Virus record (IMG/VR): IMGVR_UViG_3300032177_003246
Source: an uncultured virus (IMG/VR IMGVR_UViG_3300032177_003246)
Lineage: Duplodnaviria; Heunggongvirae; Uroviricota; Caudoviricetes
DNA: 20,000 nucleotides
Reading direction: 5' to 3' (one strand)
A model generated the notes under the pieces. It was not told where the DNA came from, did not search any database, and worked only from the letters and a program-made list of their open reading frames with translations. The translations under genes were made by a program, and so were the position numbers. Below, piece by piece: positions 16,323-20,000 of this stretch. Position 1 is the stretch's first letter. Every line of letters begins with the position of its first letter.

Positions 16323-17663
16323 TCAGAAGACTCCGTTGGTGTTCATAAACGCCTGCGTCGTGTGCGGAAAGCGCTTGCGATCGTTTGGATGTTCGAGCCA
16401 GCCCGCAGCGCCATCGAGCCCTGCGTACTGGATGACTCCGAGCATTCCCGAAAGGGTGATCATCTGATTGTTGTCGATGCCCGGCAGCAAAATCGGACGT
16501 CCGAGATACTGCGCGAACAGCTCGCTCGCGACGCCGTGACGATGCGCGTCCGCCAGATCCGCGTCGAGCGCCTGGCGCTGCGCCTCGGACGAATTCTGGA
16601 TGACCGCTGGATTGATACCCAGCTCGACGAGGCGCTCTCGCCGCTGCCTGTACTGGCCGACGTGCTTCGACGAGGCGAATTGCGGAGACTCGCGTTCGAG
16701 ACGGATCACGAAGTCCCGCCACGCGCCGTCGCCAATACCTTGAATCGGCGAGCCGGGATCCATCGCGCGTGTGCGCGCCGCCGCCTGCGGAAGCCCCGCG
16801 GCTTCTTGCATGCGCGCAACCATCTCGGGCGGCAGGCCCGTCGCCTGCGCTGGAGACGACGCGGCAACCGGTGGCGGGACGCTGCCCACGGTAACCTTCG
16901 TCGGCAGCGCCCCGCCCGCTTTCGACACCAGATCCATGAACCGCGCAGGATCGGAGTCGAGTAGCGCGAGGATGTCGTTGTCCGTAACCGTCGTCAGCGG
17001 CCCCTGGGGTGTCGGAGACGCGGCTGCGGGAGACGCCGGGGGCGCGGGCGTAGATGGGGCCACTGGAGCAGCAACTGGTGTTTGCTGCGCCGGGCTCGGG
17101 GCATTCGGAGCACTCGGTCCTGGCGAGGGTGCTGCCTCGTGGGGACGAAGCACGGAGGCCGGTGGAGGTACGACCAAGCAGGCGCGTGCAGGATGCGCGG
17201 GATAGACCGTCGCATCAGCAGCCTCTCTCGGCGATCGGACGGGCGCGCAAGAGCCGCGCTCGTGGCGGACGGGTGCGCATGCGCCGCGGGTGTGCGCGCG
17301 CATGCGCTGCCGCTGCTCGACAACGGGAGCAACGAACGCCATCACGATGTCGGATGCAAGATCATCGCGGCCGATGGCTTGTGCTTCAGCGATCGCGCAG
17401 AGCACGACGGTCGGTGGCGGCGTACGCCCAATCCTGATGATCTCGCCGAGCACCGCGATCGGTCCCGGCACGCCTGGAGGAAGTGGCGACGTCCCTGGAG
17501 GAAGCGGCGACCCTCCTGAAGGAAGCGGTGCAGGTTCCAACCGGAACGGACCCGGCGCGCGCGGCGCAGCCAGTTGACGCGACGGCGGTGCCGCGTCACG
17601 CGACGAGTTGCGTGCAACAGCAACAGCGATCGCGCCGAACACAAGGATAGGCAAAAACCACAT
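16323..17663 (-). CDS. Membrane-anchored Pro-rich protein with C-terminal lysozyme-like / lytic transglycosylase-like domain
   Basis: N-terminal TM and long Pro/Ala linkers. The C-terminal RES...GQYRQ...LxxLGI...Q...YLGRPI...ITLSGMLGVIQYAG follows the ES...GxYQF...ITxSGLLAAAHLxG pattern of lysozyme-fold muramidases. CDS is clear; the function call is tentative. Confidence 0.65.
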   Translation of the reverse strand: MWFLPILVFGAIAVAVARNSSRDAAPPSRQLAAPRAPGPFRLEPAPLPSGGSPLPPGTSPLPPGVPGPIAVLGEIIRIGRTPPPTVVLCAIAEAQAIGRDDLASDIVMAFVAPVVEQRQRMRAHTRGACAPVRHERGSCAPVRSPREAADATVYPAHPARACLVVPPPASVLRPHEAAPSPGPSAPNAPSPAQQTPVAAPVAPSTPAPPASPAAASPTPQGPLTTVTDNDILALLDSDPARFMDLVSKAGGALPTKVTVGSVPPPVAASSPAQATGLPPEMVARMQEAAGLPQAAARTRAMDPGSPIQGIGDGAWRDFVIRLERESPQFASSKHVGQYRQRRERLVELGINPAVIQNSSEAQRQALDADLADAHRHGVASELFAQYLGRPILLPGIDNNQMITLSGMLGVIQYAGLDGAAGWLEHPNDRKRFPHTTQAFMNTNGVF

Positions 17664-17666
17664 AGA

Positions 17667-18332
17667 TCACCGACCTCCCCGCCATGAGGGAACCACATCA
17701 GCGATCTCACGATCGAGTTGTGCCGAGCGTGTCTTGGGCGTGTTCGGCATTGCCGAGACAGTGCTGTGCGAGCGTCCGGTGGCGCGCCCGTACTGCGCGC
17801 CGTACGTCTCGCGCAGCCACGAGTCCATCGCGTTGGCGTCCGCGATTTTGAGAACTTGCTGCCGCGCCACGGGCGCGCTCGTCGGCCAGAGCGCGAAGTA
17901 GGCGTTGTTGGGAACCGACCACTCGACGCGCAAGCTCTCGGGAGTCCGCCACGCGATCTTCTTCGCGTGATGCGTCGGCACCAAGCGCGGCTTGCTCAGC
18001 TCTTTCTGCTGTTTCTTCGGCAAGAGATGATCGTAGTTCCCCAGCTCGAACTCCGCCTCGAAGTCGCGTGTGAGATCTTCGGCGGTGATCTTGCGCGTCG
18101 ACGCGTCGAACATCTTGTGCCACGCCTGTCCCGGCGAACCGAATTCCTTGGCGTACTTCTTCGCACCGCTCTCCGCGAGATGTCCGAACGCCTTCACCGC
18201 GAGATCGTGCTTGTACTGACTCTTGATCTTTTTGGACGCAAGATTCTTCAAGATCGGCACGTGCTGTTGCCGATGCAAGGAAGCATCGTTGTCGATGTAG
18301 AGCTTCAGCTCGTGTGCTTCGGTGGTGCTCAT
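17667..18332 (-). CDS. Basic phage-type hypothetical protein with C-terminal AQLDREI tag
   Basis: TAGGA SD. The N-domain ELKLYIDND...PILKNL...GAKKYAKEF resembles uncharacterised phage proteins (recalled, unverified). Confidence 0.75.
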   Translation of the reverse strand: MSTTEAHELKLYIDNDASLHRQQHVPILKNLASKKIKSQYKHDLAVKAFGHLAESGAKKYAKEFGSPGQAWHKMFDASTRKITAEDLTRDFEAEFELGNYDHLLPKKQQKELSKPRLVPTHHAKKIAWRTPESLRVEWSVPNNAYFALWPTSAPVARQQVLKIADANAMDSWLRETYGAQYGRATGRSHSTVSAMPNTPKTRSAQLDREIADVVPSWRGGR

Positions 18333-18343
18333 AGGGTCCTAGA

Positions 18344-18889
18344 TCATATCTTGCTGGTGTAACTTCCGCCCATCCCGAGGCGCTTGGACGGATCTTCAAC
18401 GAGCGGATTTTGCTCGCCCATGCTCTGGTACTGCTGCCAGCCAGGCATGCCGACGCAGACGTGCACCATCTGGATCCCATCCTCGGGAACCATGTGCGCC
18501 GGGTGTCCCAACCGCACCATCATGTCCTTGGGAACGTTCCGCCACTTGATGAGCGGCTCCGCGGCCTGGCCAAGAACGCGAAGCTCCGCGACGCGCCAAG
18601 CCACGAGCCGGTCACAGTCACCATGGCCATCCTTGAGGACCTGTGGAATGTCCTTCCAGTTCTCCTCGCCGGGCGGATCTTCCTTGTAGCGAACACCCGA
18701 CGCGTAGAGCGGTGGAATCGGATAGCCAAGGCCCTTCTGGGCGCGGCGAAGCGAGCGGCGCAGGTGCCACTCGTTGACTTTGATGAGGCCTTCGAGCAAC
18801 GGGATGATCGGCGCGAAGTGCCGATCTTCGTCGCGATCGTCCTCGTCAAAGTTCTCGGGAAGCGTCAGGTGGACCTTCGGCGTCAGCAT
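18344..18889 (-). CDS. Transglutaminase-like cysteine protease-fold protein (Cys-His-Asp triad)
   Basis: GVRYKED...ENW...VLKDGHGDCDRLVAWRVAEL...MVHVCV...VEDPS gives a GDC nucleophile motif, an HV strand and a downstream D. ATG at 18889 overlaps the upstream TGA. Confidence 0.8.
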   Translation of the reverse strand: MLTPKVHLTLPENFDEDDRDEDRHFAPIIPLLEGLIKVNEWHLRRSLRRAQKGLGYPIPPLYASGVRYKEDPPGEENWKDIPQVLKDGHGDCDRLVAWRVAELRVLGQAAEPLIKWRNVPKDMMVRLGHPAHMVPEDGIQMVHVCVGMPGWQQYQSMGEQNPLVEDPSKRLGMGGSYTSKI

Positions 18890-19371
18890 CACAGCCACCC
18901 GTAGCGCGGCGCGTACGAGCGCAGGACCTGGTCACGCGCCCACTCCGCGTAGTCAGGATTCTCGTAGCCGCGGTAGTACCAGAACAGGTACTGCCAGTAC
19001 CAGTACCAGTACGGATCGTAGTACGGATACCAGCGCGGCCAGTAGTCGTAGCCGGGCACGAAGATGTAGTCGTCGTGCTGGTGACGTGGCCGGCGACGGC
19101 GATCGTCACCGTCGCGATCACGATCGCGGTCACGATCGCGGAGATCCTCGGGACGTGTCGTGACCCGCGGATCGTACGACTGCTGTGGCTGCGGCTGTGG
19201 CTGTGGCTGTGGCTGCGGTGTCGGACGCGGTGGCCGCGGATCACGCGGCGGGACACGCGGGCCTACCGGCTGCCCTTGCGGCGCGCGATGATCACGGACG
19301 ACCGGGCCTTCCCCACGTCGGTGATCGCGAAACTCTTGGCCCAGAAAAGTGACGGACGGATCCCATGTCAT
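18889..19371 (-). CDS. Low-complexity protein: PQ and RD repeats plus Tyr/Trp-rich C-terminus
   Basis: TGATG overlaps at both ends. Contains (PQ)n, (RD)n and YDYWPRWYPYYDPYWYWYWQYLFWYYRGY. Confidence 0.7.
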   Translation of the reverse strand: MTWDPSVTFLGQEFRDHRRGEGPVVRDHRAPQGQPVGPRVPPRDPRPPRPTPQPQPQPQPQPQQSYDPRVTTRPEDLRDRDRDRDRDGDDRRRRPRHQHDDYIFVPGYDYWPRWYPYYDPYWYWYWQYLFWYYRGYENPDYAEWARDQVLRSYAPRYGWL

Positions 19372-20000
19372 CAGAGCACCCCCAGTTTGTGCAGTAGCTC
19401 GACGATCGATCCGCCGCCGAGAATGCCGCCCGCGATCTTGGCGATCGTGGCGCGGTGATCTTTCTTGGCCTGTACCTTGTCGAGGCCTTCTTCTTTGGTC
19501 ACCTCGACCTTGGCAAGTCCCTCCGCCCTCGACACCTCGACCTTCGCCAACTCATGCGCCTTGTTGACGTCGACCTTCGCCGTGAACGTGACGTGCTCAC
19601 GCTCCGCAGCCTGCTTGGTCGACTCCTTGACGAGACCGATCAGCTCGGTGAGCGCTTCTTTTTGGCCATCGAGCTTGCCAACGGCCCCGCCAACATCGGT
19701 GCGCAGGCCCCCGACTTCACCAGTGAGCTTCTTGACGTCGGCGCGAACGTCTTTGACGTCGTCCTTCAACTCGTCTCGAACATCTTTGACGCTGCGCTTC
19801 AGCTCGTCGTGGCGTTTCTCGACGTCGCGCTTCAGCTCGTCATGTTTGGTTTCAAGATGGCTGAAACGCTCATCAGGAGGGCGAGTCGCTCGACGTTCGT
19901 CTAGCTCTTCGCCTTCATAGCGCTCCGTGATCTCGTCACTCGCAAATTCCTTCACCACGCCGCCACGATCCCGCTCTTTGCGCGCTTCGAACCCCGCCAT
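19371..20000 (-). CDS. Coiled-coil protein with C-terminal hydrophobic segment (start may lie at or beyond the window edge)
   Basis: Repeated KHDELKRDV/KRHDELKRSV/DVRDELKDDV helices, AKVEV repeats and C-terminal IAKIAGGILGGGSIVELL. Confidence 0.75.
   Translation of the reverse strand: MAGFEARKERDRGGVVKEFASDEITERYEGEELDERRATRPPDERFSHLETKHDELKRDVEKRHDELKRSVKDVRDELKDDVKDVRADVKKLTGEVGGLRTDVGGAVGKLDGQKEALTELIGLVKESTKQAAEREHVTFTAKVDVNKAHELAKVEVSRAEGLAKVEVTKEEGLDKVQAKKDHRATIAKIAGGILGGGSIVELLHKLGVL

Larger units (their letters stand above)
1460..20000 (-). mobile_element. Putative virus/provirus-like structural gene module; boundaries not determined, continues past 20000
   Basis: About 18.5 kb of co-oriented, translationally coupled ORFans including an endonuclease VII-like gene, a lysozyme-like gene, a transglutaminase-like gene and many membrane anchors. 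No hallmark capsid, ATPase or integrase gene is seen. Confidence 0.55.

Noticed and set aside
5402..16964. Long plus-strand ORFs (5402-6727, 9960-11054, 11677-13068, 15579-16964 and others)
   Set aside because: They are Arg-rich antisense shadows typical of high-GC DNA. The minus-strand genes have SD sites, coupled overlaps and paralogy.
11734..19371. Classical RiPP biosynthetic cluster
   Set aside because: Repeated peptide units exist, but no recognisable modifying enzymes (YcaO, radical SAM, LanM, P450) or peptide exporter are present.
1460..20000. Assigning any gene as major capsid protein or packaging ATPase
   Set aside because: No Walker A/B motif or convincing beta-rich jelly-roll-sized protein is seen here.

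Overview
GC-rich window. The left edge holds the 5' part of infC (IF-3, minus strand, missed by the ORF track), followed by one divergent plus-strand hypothetical gene (554-1456). The rest (1460-20000) is a tightly coupled minus-strand array of about 27 mostly unrecognisable genes, many with single membrane anchors. The array is built from a few internally shuffled paralogous domains. These proteins share short peptide signals: a Val-Gly motif at most domain boundaries, an RGxYG tag at protein termini, and an AQLDREI tag. Recognisable members are a transglutaminase-like Cys-His-Asp enzyme, a membrane-anchored lysozyme-like enzyme and an AT-richer endonuclease VII-like nuclease. My best inference is the structural/morphogenesis module of an uncharacterised membrane-containing virus or virus-derived element, with polyprotein-like proteins matured at VG sites. 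No capsid protein, packaging ATPase, integrase, tRNA or CRISPR array is identifiable in this window.
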